Shown: positions 30,161 through 39,298, numbered from the stretch's first letter. The stretch: DNA of 64,000 nt from Pseudomonadota bacterium (GCA_040387665.1 JAZKDH010000004.1:1090-65089); one strand, 5' to 3'. The notes: generated by a model from the sequence alone, not told the origin. Translations and numbers: made by a program.

Positions 30161-31437
30161 GCCAGCCCCAAGATACCGCCGCCGAAGAGATCCTGCGCAT
30201 CGCCGCCAAAGGCGACGGGGTGACCGCGTCAGGCCGCTTTGCCTGGGGCAGTGCGCCGGGGGACCTGCTGCTGCCCGACGGTTCCATCGTCCCGGGGCCG
30301 CACCACGTCGATCCGGTATGCCGCCATTTCGCCCGTTGCGGGGGCTGCCAGTTGCAGCAACTGGACGAGCAAACGCTGACTCAGTTCGTCGAGGCGCGGG
30401 TAGCCAACGCATCTGCCAGCCAGGACCTTGGCGCCGAACTGATTGCCGCGCCGTACTTGTCGCCGCCGGGCACGCGGCGGCGCGCATCGCTGCGCGCCGA
30501 AAGTTCCGGCGGGCGCGTGGTGATCGGGTTTCGCGAAGCCGGTTCGCACCGGCTGGTCGAAGTGCAGGAATGTCCGGTGCTGGTGCCGCAGTTCGTCGCG
30601 CTGTTGCCGGAACTGCGCAAGCTGTTGATCACGCTGGGGCAGGCCAGCGCGCGGGCTGGCAAGGTTGCGCGCAAGCAGAGCCGGCCTGGCGAGCGCTCGG
30701 TGGGCAAGATGGCGGCCGACATCGAACTGACGCTGGCAGAGCAGGGCGTGGACCTGGGGATCAAGGGCCTTTCGGCCCGCGGGCTGGCGATCACCGAAGC
30801 GCTGCTGCAGTTTGCGCAAGCCCACGCGCTGGCGCGGCTGACGCTGGACCAAGGCTATGGCGCCGAAACGTTGTGGGAGCCCGAGCCGGTGACGATCATG
30901 CTGTCGGGAGTGAGCGTGCCGCTGCCGCCGGGTGCGTTCCTGCAGGCGACCGTCGATGGCGAAGCGGTGCTGGTGGCGGCGGCGCAGGAGTGGTTGGAAG
31001 GCGCAGGGACCGTGGCGGACCTGTTTTCGGGGCTGGGCACGTTCGCCTTTGCACTGGCCGGTGCGGGCACCAAAGTGCTCGCGGTGGAGGCGGCGCGCGA
31101 TGCCCACCTGGCGTGCAAGTCTGCCGCCGGCAGGGCGCAGCGGCCGGTTCACGCGCTGCACCGCGACCTGTTTCGCAACCCGCTGCTGCCCGACGAATTG
31201 AGCCGGTTCGACGCGGTGCTGCTTGACCCGCCGCGCGCCGGCGCGCGCGAGCAGATCGAGCGGCTGGCGGCGAGCACCGTGGGGCGGGTCGTCTATGTCA
31301 GCTGCAACCCTTCGAGCTGGGCCCGCGATGCGGCGCTGCTGGTGGAAAGCGGATACCGGCTGGCCGAGGTGCGCCCCGTAGGCCAGTTCCGCTGGTCCAT
31401 CCACGTCGAGTTGGCCAGCCTGTTCTTGCGGGGGTGA
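30151..31437 (+). CDS. class I SAM-dependent RNA (uracil-5) methyltransferase, RumA/TrmA family
   Basis: Fe-S Cys cluster CRHFARCGGCQLQ, SAM motif DLFSGLGTF and nucleophile motif YVSCNPSS. The GTG start (30151 or 30157) overlaps the nnr stop. Confidence 0.8.
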   Translation: MPVSQPQDTAAEEILRIAAKGDGVTASGRFAWGSAPGDLLLPDGSIVPGPHHVDPVCRHFARCGGCQLQQLDEQTLTQFVEARVANASASQDLGAELIAAPYLSPPGTRRRASLRAESSGGRVVIGFREAGSHRLVEVQECPVLVPQFVALLPELRKLLITLGQASARAGKVARKQSRPGERSVGKMAADIELTLAEQGVDLGIKGLSARGLAITEALLQFAQAHALARLTLDQGYGAETLWEPEPVTIMLSGVSVPLPPGAFLQATVDGEAVLVAAAQEWLEGAGTVADLFSGLGTFAFALAGAGTKVLAVEAARDAHLACKSAAGRAQRPVHALHRDLFRNPLLPDELSRFDAVLLDPPRAGAREQIERLAASTVGRVVYVSCNPSSWARDAALLVESGYRLAEVRPVGQFRWSIHVELASLFLRG

Positions 31438-31513
31438 GCGTTGGGCCACGGCGGTTGTGCTGTCATGTCGGGCGGCTATATGCCCATGCTCGGTCCGGCG
31501 AAGGAGACGACAA

Positions 31514-32725
31514 GTGAGCAAGGTTCTGGTGATCGGCGCGGGCGGCGTCAGCTCGGTGGCGGTCCACAAGATGGCGATGAACCCCGGCATCTTCAGCCAC
31601 ATCAGCCTGGCCAGCCGCACCAAGGCGAAATGCGACGCAATCGCCGAATCGGTGCTGGCGCGCACTGGCCAGACCATCGACACCTTCGAGGTCGATGCTG
31701 AAGAACTTCCCGCGATGATCAAGCTGATCGAAAAGGTCCGCCCGCAGCTGATCGTCAACCTTGCACTGCCGTATCAGGACCTGGCGATCATGGACGCCTG
31801 CCTGGCAACGGGGGTGCATTACCTCGACACTGCCAATTACGAGCCGAAGGACGAGGCAAAGTTCGAATACAAGTGGCAGTGGGCGTACCACGACCGCTTT
31901 CGCGAAAAGGGGCTGATGGCGCTGCTGGGATCGGGCTTCGATCCGGGCGTGACCAGCGTGTTCGCGATGTGGCTGAAGAAGCACAAGCTGAAGACCATCC
32001 GCCAACTCGACATCCTCGACTGCAACGGGGGCGATCACGGCCAGGCGTTCGCGACCAACTTCAACCCCGAGATCAACATCCGCGAGGTGACCGCCCCGGC
32101 GCGGCACTGGCTGAACGGCGAATGGGTCGAGACGCCGGCGCTGACGATCCGACAGAACTTCGAGTTCGAGGGCGTGGGCCCGAAGAACATGTACCTGATG
32201 TACCACGAGGAACTGGAGAGCCTGGCGAAGTTCCTGCCCGAGCTGGAACGGGGGCGGTTCTGGATGACCTTTGGCGATGCCTATATCAACCACCTGACCG
32301 TGCTGCAGAACGTGGGCATGACCGGGATCGAGCCGGTGCTGTACCAGGGCCGCGAGATCGTGCCGCTGCAGTTTCTGGCGGCCGTGCTGCCCAAGCCCGA
32401 AACGCTGGGCGCGACCACCAAGGGCAAGACCAACATCGGCGACATCGCCACCGGCGAGGCGATGGACGGGACCGGAGACAGGACCTTCTACATCTACAAC
32501 ATCTGCGACCACGAGGACGCGTTCCATGAAACCGGCAACCAGGCGATCAGCTACACCACCGGCGTGCCGGCGATGATCGGCGCGGCGCTGATGCTGACCG
32601 GAGCATGGCAGGGCGAGGGCGTGTTCAACATTGAGCAGCTGGACCCCGATCCGTTCATGGACATGCTGAACACGCAAGGTTTGCCGTGGCAGGTGAAGGA
32701 ATTGGCCGGGCCGCTGGCGTTCTGA
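31514..32725 (+). CDS. carboxynorspermidine/carboxyspermidine dehydrogenase (saccharopine dehydrogenase family)
   Basis: GTG 31514 preceded by the SD AAGGAG. Rossmann motif VLVIGAGGV, then family-typical segments (LDTANYEPKD..., GFDPGVTSVF). Confidence 0.83.
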   Translation: MSKVLVIGAGGVSSVAVHKMAMNPGIFSHISLASRTKAKCDAIAESVLARTGQTIDTFEVDAEELPAMIKLIEKVRPQLIVNLALPYQDLAIMDACLATGVHYLDTANYEPKDEAKFEYKWQWAYHDRFREKGLMALLGSGFDPGVTSVFAMWLKKHKLKTIRQLDILDCNGGDHGQAFATNFNPEINIREVTAPARHWLNGEWVETPALTIRQNFEFEGVGPKNMYLMYHEELESLAKFLPELERGRFWMTFGDAYINHLTVLQNVGMTGIEPVLYQGREIVPLQFLAAVLPKPETLGATTKGKTNIGDIATGEAMDGTGDRTFYIYNICDHEDAFHETGNQAISYTTGVPAMIGAALMLTGAWQGEGVFNIEQLDPDPFMDMLNTQGLPWQVKELAGPLAF

Positions 32726-33930
32726 TGGAAACCAGAGCCGGCGATCCGGGCGCCTTCGCCCACTTCGACCTGAACCGGGTGGACAGCCCTGCGTTCGTGG
32801 TGGATGCGGCGAAATTGCGCGCAAACCTGGCGGTGTTGGCCGACATCCGCGACCGCGCCGGGGTGAAGGTGTTGGCCGCGCTCAAGGCCTTTTCGATGTG
32901 GAAGGTCGCGCCGATAGTAGGCGAGTACCTCGACGGAGTTTGCACGTCGGGCCTGTGGGAGGCGCTGCTGGCGGCCGAGCACTACGCTTCCGGTCTTCGG
33001 GGGGGCGAGATTGCGACGTATTGCGCGGCCTACAAGGAAGAGGATCTGCCGGAAATCTGCCGGATTTCCGACCACGTGATCTTCAATTCCCCGGGCCAGA
33101 TCGCGCGGTTCAGGCCGTTGCTGAACCGGCTGGACGGCGCGTTCGACGTGGGCCTGCGGATCAATCCGCTGCATGCGGAAGGCGAGGTGCCGCGGTACGA
33201 TCCGTGCGCCCCGCACTCGCGCCTGGGGTTCCCGGTCGACCAATTGCGCGCCGAGCATTTGGACGGGGTTACCGGCCTGCATTTCCATACGCTATGCGAA
33301 CAGGACTTTGAGCCACTGCGGCGAACGTGGGAAGCGCTGAAGCCGCGAATCGCGCCGTATTTCGCCCAGCTGGAGTGGCTGAATTTCGGCGGAGGGCACC
33401 ATGTCACGCGGGGCGATTACCAGCGCGACGAACTGGTCGAATTCTTACGCGCGATAAAGGCCGAGACGGGATGCGAAATCTATCTTGAACCCGGCGAAGC
33501 GGTAGCGCTGGACGCCGGCATCCTGATCGGCACGGTGCTTGACGTAGGCTGGAACGGCATGCCGTTGGCGATTACCGATGTTTCGGCCACGTGCCACATG
33601 CCCGACGTGATCGAGGCGCCGTATCGCCCGGCCATGCTGGGCGAACGCGGACCGGGCGAACTTGAGGGCGAGGAAAACGGCGACGACGCGGTCCGGCTTG
33701 GCGGACCTTCATGCCTGGCCGGCGACGTCATCGGGGACTACGTGATGCCGCAGCCGCCGGAACCGGGGATTCGCTTTGCGTTCCTGGACCAGGCGCATTA
33801 CTCGATGGTCAAGACCACTACCTTCAACGGCGTTCCGCTGCCGTCGATCTGGCTGTGGGACAGCGAGAGCGATGCGCTGGAATGCGTCCGGCGATTCGGG
33901 TGGGAGGAGTTCCGCAACCGGTTGAGCTGA
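32725..33930 (+). CDS. nspC: carboxynorspermidine/carboxyspermidine decarboxylase
   Basis: ATG 32725 overlaps the upstream stop (TGATG). A 401-aa fold-III PLP decarboxylase with NspC-like N-terminus DSPAFVVDAAKLRANL...KVLAALKAF. Confidence 0.85.
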   Translation: METRAGDPGAFAHFDLNRVDSPAFVVDAAKLRANLAVLADIRDRAGVKVLAALKAFSMWKVAPIVGEYLDGVCTSGLWEALLAAEHYASGLRGGEIATYCAAYKEEDLPEICRISDHVIFNSPGQIARFRPLLNRLDGAFDVGLRINPLHAEGEVPRYDPCAPHSRLGFPVDQLRAEHLDGVTGLHFHTLCEQDFEPLRRTWEALKPRIAPYFAQLEWLNFGGGHHVTRGDYQRDELVEFLRAIKAETGCEIYLEPGEAVALDAGILIGTVLDVGWNGMPLAITDVSATCHMPDVIEAPYRPAMLGERGPGELEGEENGDDAVRLGGPSCLAGDVIGDYVMPQPPEPGIRFAFLDQAHYSMVKTTTFNGVPLPSIWLWDSESDALECVRRFGWEEFRNRLS

Positions 33931-34289
33931 GCGGCTGCCTGGCGGTTTTGCAGGGTCGGAAACAGAAGGTCGAACCAGGTCCAGACTCTGCTCGCGCCAA
34001 GCTTGTGGGCGCACTGCCTTGTTCTTCGAACAGAAAAGTGAAGCACAGGCGTTCGACAAAGCTGAGCGTGAGCGGATTTGGGGCTAGGGCAGGTAGCCGT
34101 GCGAGGCGATTCTGCCGTGCTGCTTCCGTTCCTGCACAGCGCCCGCGATTGGCCGGCCCGCCGCCCATGCTGCACCCGCGCGGCAAAAGTGTGACAGTTA
34201 TATTTCATCGGCACTTCAACGACTTGCTGCGCGAATTATAAGCCGCGCGGCAGCTGTCTTCGAATTGTCTAACACTGGCCCGTTTTCCC

Positions 34290-34409
34290 TTGCAGTTCGC
34301 GACCGACATCCTATATCGACCCCCCGCTGCCCCATGGGGACTTCCAAACCGCAAGGCAGCTTCGTCCTATGGTTGTTCTGGCCGCAAGGCCTATTGGGGG
34401 TCCCTTGAA
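34290..34409 (+). promoter_or_regulatory. putative promoter (TTGCAG-N16-TATATC) plus structured 5' leader of the ornithine decarboxylase gene
   Basis: A -35/-10-like pair at 34290..34295 and 34312..34317. Downstream are several self-complementary blocks: CCCCATGGGG, GCTGCC/GGCAGC, CC-GCAA-GG, GGCC-GCAA-GGCC, and GGGAC/GTCCC next to the start codon. Confidence 0.3.
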
Positions 34410-35615
34410 TTGCACATTTTCCCAGACGCATCGGCTGTAGTCAGCGCACTTTCGCCCGACGAACCCGTTATCCTAAATCGCCCGCAGGCTGCGGCGCGCG
34501 CGGCGCGTTTCTTTGCCGAGAAGTTTCCCGGCAAGTCGCTTTACGCGGTAAAGGCCAATCCTTCGCCCGAGCTGCTGAAGGTGCTGTGGGACAACGGGAT
34601 CACGCATTACGACGTCGCCTCGATCGTCGAAGTGCGGCTGGTGCGCGCTGCGTTGCCGCAGGCGACGCTGTGCTTCATGCATCCGGTCAAAACGGCCGCG
34701 GCAATCGCCGAGGCCTACAAGGCCCACGGGGTGCGCACGTTCAGCCTTGATACGCAGGATGAGCTGGAAAAGATCGTTGTCGCCACCACGGGTGAAGATG
34801 GTGCCGCGGCCGAAGACCTGTCGCTGTGCGTGCGGCTACGCGTATCGTCGGAATATTCGGAACTGAGCCTGGCCTCGAAGTTCGGGATCGACCTGGCCGA
34901 TGCCGCGCCGCTGTTGCAGGCGACCCGCCAGGTGGCAGACTGCCTGGGCATCTGCTTCCACGTCGGCAGCCAGGCGATGACTCCGTTCGCCTACGTCCAG
35001 GCGCTGGAACGCGTCCGCGCAGCGATCGTCGATGCGGCTGTGACGGTCGACATCGTCGATGTCGGTGGAGGCTTCCCGTCGATCTATCCGGGGATGGAAC
35101 CGCCGCCGCTGGAGGATTTCTTTGGTGCGATCCACCGTGCGGCGGAATCGCTGCCGGTGTCGTACTCGTCGGAGCTCTGGTGCGAGCCCGGCCGTGCGCT
35201 GTGTGCCGAATACAACTCGATGATCGTGAAGGTCGAAAAACGCCGGGGCGACGAGCTGTTCATCAACGAAGGCGCGTATGGCGCGCTGTTCGATGCGGCC
35301 CACATCGGCTGGCGCTTTCCGGTGAAGGGGCTGAACCTTGATCGCAACGGTATCGAGGACGAATTCGCGTTCTATGGCCCCACCTGCGATGATGCGGACT
35401 ATATGAAGGGCCCGTTCATGCTGCCGGCGGACATTGCTGCGGGCGACTATATCGAGATCGGCATGCTGGGTGCTTATGGCGCTGCGATGCGGACCCGGTT
35501 CAACGGCTTTGGCGCCGGCGAAGTGGCGGAAGTGTCGGACGAGCCGATGGCCAGCCAGTATCTGGGCGACCGGCGCGATCCGCGGGTGTCGGACAACGTC
35601 GTTTCGTTGCGCTGA
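34410..35615 (+). CDS. ornithine (Orn/Lys/Arg family, fold III) decarboxylase
   Basis: PLP-lysine motif YAVKANP and GGGFP are present. Homology begins at HIFPDASAVVSAL, so the start is inferred as TTG 34410; no in-frame ATG lies nearby. Confidence 0.83.
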   Translation: MHIFPDASAVVSALSPDEPVILNRPQAAARAARFFAEKFPGKSLYAVKANPSPELLKVLWDNGITHYDVASIVEVRLVRAALPQATLCFMHPVKTAAAIAEAYKAHGVRTFSLDTQDELEKIVVATTGEDGAAAEDLSLCVRLRVSSEYSELSLASKFGIDLADAAPLLQATRQVADCLGICFHVGSQAMTPFAYVQALERVRAAIVDAAVTVDIVDVGGGFPSIYPGMEPPPLEDFFGAIHRAAESLPVSYSSELWCEPGRALCAEYNSMIVKVEKRRGDELFINEGAYGALFDAAHIGWRFPVKGLNLDRNGIEDEFAFYGPTCDDADYMKGPFMLPADIAAGDYIEIGMLGAYGAAMRTRFNGFGAGEVAEVSDEPMASQYLGDRRDPRVSDNVVSLR

Positions 35616-35640
35616 GCGGCGCGAACAGGACTACAGAAAG

Positions 35641-35671
35641 GGCCTCGCTCCGAAAGGGGCGGGGCCTTTTT
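35641..35671 (+). terminator. rho-independent terminator after the ornithine decarboxylase gene
   Basis: An 11-bp stem GGCCTCGCTCC/GGGGCGGGGCC (two G-U pairs) with a GAAA tetraloop, followed by TTTTT. Confidence 0.75.
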
Positions 35672-35694
35672 CCGCTCTGTGACGAGGGCCGAAG

Positions 35695-36075
35695 GTGCTG
35701 GACCGTCTGAAAGACTGGGTGCGAGTAATCAAGCGCGACATCGGAGCGCTGTGGCTTGCCGCCCGCGATCCGCGCGTTCCGCTGCATGCAAAAATCGTTG
35801 CCGGGCTGGTGGCGGCCTATGCGCTGTCACCCATCGACCTGATTCCGGACTTCATCCCGGTGCTAGGGTATCTCGATGACCTCATCCTGCTTCCGTTGGG
35901 CATCGTGGTCGCGGTCAAGCTTGTGCCGCGCGAGTTGATGGCAGAGCTTCGGGCACAGTCGTTGAATCTTGGATGGCGGCCAAGCCGCGCCGGTCTGGCA
36001 ATCGTCGTGGTAACCTGGCTGATTGCCGGCGGGGCGATCGCCGTCTGGCTGGCCTACCCTTCGGCGAACATATAA
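35695..36075 (+). CDS. YkvA/DUF1232 family membrane protein
   Basis: Motif SPIDLIPDFIPVLGYLDD and two TM helices. The 3' end overlaps the convergent regulator gene by 22 nt. Confidence 0.75.
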   Translation: MLDRLKDWVRVIKRDIGALWLAARDPRVPLHAKIVAGLVAAYALSPIDLIPDFIPVLGYLDDLILLPLGIVVAVKLVPRELMAELRAQSLNLGWRPSRAGLAIVVVTWLIAGGAIAVWLAYPSANI

Positions 36076-37481
36076 GGCGCGGCCGCCCGCCGCTGGTCGT
36101 CGGCCAGCAGGTCGCGGCCGATCGGCGGCGCGGCGCGCGCGGTGCATTCCGCGCGCTGGCACAGGCGGCAGGTGACGCCGATCGGGGTCGCGGGCAGTGC
36201 CGTGGGATCCGCCCCGCGTGCATAGACCAGCCGCGGCGCGTGCTCGGCAGCGCAAGCCAGTGCGACCGAGCGCACGACCGACGGGCGTTGCCAGCCGCCT
36301 CCGCCCGACCTGACCGTTCGCGCGATGGAAAAGAAGCGTTGCCCATCGGGCAGCACCAGCCATTGAGTCACGATCTCGCCGGGGGTGCGGAACGCGGAGT
36401 GGATCGTCCACAGCGGGCAGCCGCCGCCGTGCGCCGCAAACGGGAATCCCGCGCCGTCCAGCCGCTTGGAGACGTTGCCGGCCTCGTCCACCCGCAGGAA
36501 GAAAAACGGCACCCCTTCCTGGCCGCGTCGGCCGAGCGTCGTCAGGCGGTGCGCCACTTGTTCGAAACTCGCGCCGAACACCCGGCACAACGCCGCGATA
36601 TCATAAGCCCTGTTTTCCGCTGCGGCGGCAAACTTTTCGTACGGCATGACCAGCGCGGCGGCGCCGTAGCTCGCCAGGGCGCGGCGGACGAGCGTTGCGG
36701 CGGTCTTGCCGGAAAGCGGCGCAGACCGCGCCAGCGTCGCGATGTCATCCTTCATCGCGGTATAGGCGATGTGCAGCCCCAGCTGGAACTTTCGACTGGT
36801 GGAATCGAGTGTGTCGTCGAGCAGCAACTGATCGTTGTGGCGATCCCACCGCCGGACCGATGCTACCAGCACCTCGGGCGGCACGTACCGGACTCGCAGG
36901 CCCTTGCGCGATTTCAGCCACTCGGCCGCCCCCCCTGCGTCGGCGATGTCTTTGGCAAGCGCCTCGGCATGCGCATCGAGGGCCGGGAAATGGTTGCGGT
37001 TCGCCGCGAAAAATCGCTGGGTTTCAGTGACCGGGTCCTGCTGCGCGTCTTCGGGGCGCGATCCCAGGCGCTGCTCTGCCAAGGCCTGCTGTTCACGCAA
37101 ATAGGCACTGTGCAGGCGCAGGATCGCTTCGGTCACGCCCGGAAAACTGGTTGCCAGATCGGCGATCTCCAGCGGCGGCAGATCAATATCCGCCAGCAGC
37201 GGATCGCGCAGAACCTCGCCCAGCCGACGGGCATAATCCTCGGCGTCGGCCCCGGCGAGTTCGGACACATCGATCTTGTAGCTGCGCGCAAGGCGCAGCA
37301 GCAGTTCAGCCGTGACCGGCCGCTGGTTGCGTTCGAGCAGTGCGATGTAGGATGGCGAGACGGCAAGGTCAGCCGCCATTACCTGCTGGGTAAGACCAAG
37401 CTCGCGCCGCAGCCGCCTCAGCCGCGGGCCGAGATAGAGCGGGCGGGTTTGGCCGATACGGGCGTTCGGGGGAAGTGACAT
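36054..37481 (-). CDS. ScfR/RamB/PrpR-type transcriptional regulator (XRE HTH + ImmA/IrrE-like domain + DUF2083-like domain)
   Basis: XRE HTH (LRRLRRELGLTQQVMAADLAVSPSYIALLERNQRP), a central peptidase-like domain with degenerate HExxH, and a C-terminal Cys pattern (CPLW...CRLCQRAECTARAAPP). It diverges from aceA. Confidence 0.83.
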   Translation of the reverse strand: MSLPPNARIGQTRPLYLGPRLRRLRRELGLTQQVMAADLAVSPSYIALLERNQRPVTAELLLRLARSYKIDVSELAGADAEDYARRLGEVLRDPLLADIDLPPLEIADLATSFPGVTEAILRLHSAYLREQQALAEQRLGSRPEDAQQDPVTETQRFFAANRNHFPALDAHAEALAKDIADAGGAAEWLKSRKGLRVRYVPPEVLVASVRRWDRHNDQLLLDDTLDSTSRKFQLGLHIAYTAMKDDIATLARSAPLSGKTAATLVRRALASYGAAALVMPYEKFAAAAENRAYDIAALCRVFGASFEQVAHRLTTLGRRGQEGVPFFFLRVDEAGNVSKRLDGAGFPFAAHGGGCPLWTIHSAFRTPGEIVTQWLVLPDGQRFFSIARTVRSGGGGWQRPSVVRSVALACAAEHAPRLVYARGADPTALPATPIGVTCRLCQRAECTARAAPPIGRDLLADDQRRAAAPYMFAEG

Positions 37482-37502
37482 GGCTCGTTGTCATAGCTGC
37501 AC

Positions 37503-37529
37503 AACTTTACAAAGAATAGTTGTAAAGTT
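37503..37529. promoter_or_regulatory. inverted repeat AACTTTACAA-N7-TTGTAAAGTT, RamB-box-like operator
   Basis: Perfect 10-bp arms in the 140-bp regulator/aceA spacer. Each arm with its flanks (ACAACTTTACAAA) is close to the corynebacterial RamB box A(A/G)AACTTTGCAAA as I recall it. Confidence 0.5.
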
Positions 37530-37621
37530 TGACAGTTGCACGCCGCAGCCTCTGTCGTGCGCGGTGCAACCGGCATACACGGCCGTCACGAACAGACCGC
37601 ACCGGACAGAAGGAAGCCCTT

Positions 37622-39217
37622 GTGACGTACCAGCAGACCATTCTCGAGGCCAGCAGCGCCATCGGCCCCAATGCCCAGACCTGGAGCGGGATCGAGCCCG
37701 AATCAGTTGCGCGCATGCGCCTGCAGAACCGGTTCCACACCGGGCTGGACATCGCGAAGTACACCGCCCGGATCATGCGTGCCGACATGGCCGCCTATGA
37801 TGCCGATCCGGCGCAATACACGCAGTCGCTGGGCTGCTGGCACGGCTTTATCGGGCAGCAAAAGCTGATCTCGATCAAGAAGCACTTCGGCACCACCAAG
37901 GGCCGTTACCTGTACCTGTCGGGCTGGATGGTCGCCGCGCTGCGCAGCGAGTTCGGCCCGCTGCCCGACCAGTCGATGCACGAGAAGACCAGCGTCCCGG
38001 CGCTGATCGAAGAGCTCTACACCTTTCTCAAGCAGGCCGACGCGCGCGAACTGGGCATGATGTTCCGCGATCTCGACGCTGCGCGCGAAGCCGGTGACCA
38101 GGTCAAGGCGACCAAGATCCAGCACGACATCGACAACTACGAGACCCATGTCGTTCCGATCGTGGCCGACATCGACGCGGGTTTCGGCAATGCCGAGGCG
38201 ACGTATTTGCTGGCCAAGAAGTTCATCGAAGCCGGCGCCTGCTGCATCCAGATCGAAAACCAGGTCTCGGACGAAAAGCAGTGCGGCCACCAGGACGGCA
38301 AGGTTACCGTCCCGCACGAAGACTTCATCGCGAAGATCCGCGCGGTGCGTTACGCGTTTCTGGAGCTGGGCGTGGACGACGGCGTGATCGTTGCCCGCAC
38401 CGACTCGCTTGGCGCAGGGCTGACCAAGCAGATCGCGTATGTCCGCGAAGCCGGCGACATTGCCGACCAGTACAACAGCTTCCTTGATGTCGAGGAAGTC
38501 GACGCCAACAACGTCGGCCACGGCGACGTGCTGATCGCTCGCGACGGCAAGCTGGTCCGGCCCAAGCGCCTGCCGTCGAACCTGTTCCAGTTCCGCAGCG
38601 GCACCGGCGAAGACCGCTGCGTGCTTGACTGCATCCAGTCGCTGCAGAACGGCGCCGACCTGCTGTGGATCGAAACCGAAAAGCCGCACATCGGCCAGAT
38701 CGGCGGGATGGTGAACCGCATCCGCGAAGTGATCCCCAACGCCAAGCTGGTCTACAACAACTCGCCCAGCTTCAACTGGACGCTGAACTTTCGTCAGCAG
38801 GTGTTCGATGCCTGGACCGAAGCCGGCAAGGACGTTTCGGCCTATGACCGCGCCCGCCTGATGAGCGTCGACTATGACGCCACCGAACTGGGCGCCGAAG
38901 CTGACGAGCGCATCCGCACCTTCCAGCGGGACGCCGCGGCGCAGGCCGGCATCTTCCACCACCTGATCACGCTGCCGACGTATCACACCGCCGCGCTCAG
39001 CACCGACAACCTGGCCAAGGAATACTTCGGCGAGCAGGGCATGCTGGGCTACGTCAAGGGCGTGCAGCGCCAGGAAATCCGCCAGGGCATCGCCTGCGTG
39101 AAGCACCAGAACATGTCGGGTTCCGACATCGGTGACGATCACAAGGAGTACTTCGCGGGTGAAGCGGCGCTGAAGGCCGGCGGCGTGCACAACACGATGA
39201 ACCAGTTCGCCGCCTGA
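37622..39217 (+). CDS. aceA: isocitrate lyase (long, about 530-aa type)
   Basis: GTG 37622 preceded by GAAGGAAG. Catalytic signature KQCGHQ (K-x-CGH family motif) is present. The ORF 37529..39217 upstream extension has no homology. Confidence 0.93.
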   Translation: MTYQQTILEASSAIGPNAQTWSGIEPESVARMRLQNRFHTGLDIAKYTARIMRADMAAYDADPAQYTQSLGCWHGFIGQQKLISIKKHFGTTKGRYLYLSGWMVAALRSEFGPLPDQSMHEKTSVPALIEELYTFLKQADARELGMMFRDLDAAREAGDQVKATKIQHDIDNYETHVVPIVADIDAGFGNAEATYLLAKKFIEAGACCIQIENQVSDEKQCGHQDGKVTVPHEDFIAKIRAVRYAFLELGVDDGVIVARTDSLGAGLTKQIAYVREAGDIADQYNSFLDVEEVDANNVGHGDVLIARDGKLVRPKRLPSNLFQFRSGTGEDRCVLDCIQSLQNGADLLWIETEKPHIGQIGGMVNRIREVIPNAKLVYNNSPSFNWTLNFRQQVFDAWTEAGKDVSAYDRARLMSVDYDATELGAEADERIRTFQRDAAAQAGIFHHLITLPTYHTAALSTDNLAKEYFGEQGMLGYVKGVQRQEIRQGIACVKHQNMSGSDIGDDHKEYFAGEAALKAGGVHNTMNQFAA

Positions 39218-39298
39218 CCGGCAACGCTCGCGATATCGTCCATCTGCGCGGGGGCGCGGCACAGCCGCCCCCCTGGTCCTTGATGAAGGAGTACGAAG

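Noticed and set aside
33798-34214. 138-aa minus-strand ORF in the nspC-ODC spacer, near a perfect TATAAT on the minus strand (complement of 34236..34241).
   Set aside because: The product is Arg/Ser/His-rich and low in complexity, and it overlaps the nspC 3' end. It is more likely non-coding. A divergent sRNA remains possible and is covered under the spacer finding.
34167-34241. 24-codon ORF MLHPRGKSVTVIFHRHFNDLLREL upstream of the ornithine decarboxylase gene. Its His/Arg/Phe-rich tail is superficially reminiscent of the enterobacterial SpeFL ornithine-sensing arrest peptide.
   Set aside because: It has no SD. It lies about 170 nt from the ODC start and upstream of the best promoter-like pair. 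It is merely the tail of a long out-of-frame ORF (33711..34241). The similarity to SpeFL is only a few residues and I cannot test it.
35695-36075. 22-nt convergent overlap between the DUF1232 gene and the regulator gene as a possible antisense control point.
   Set aside because: Short 3' overlaps are common in this compact genome, and I see no additional structure or motif to support a regulatory role.
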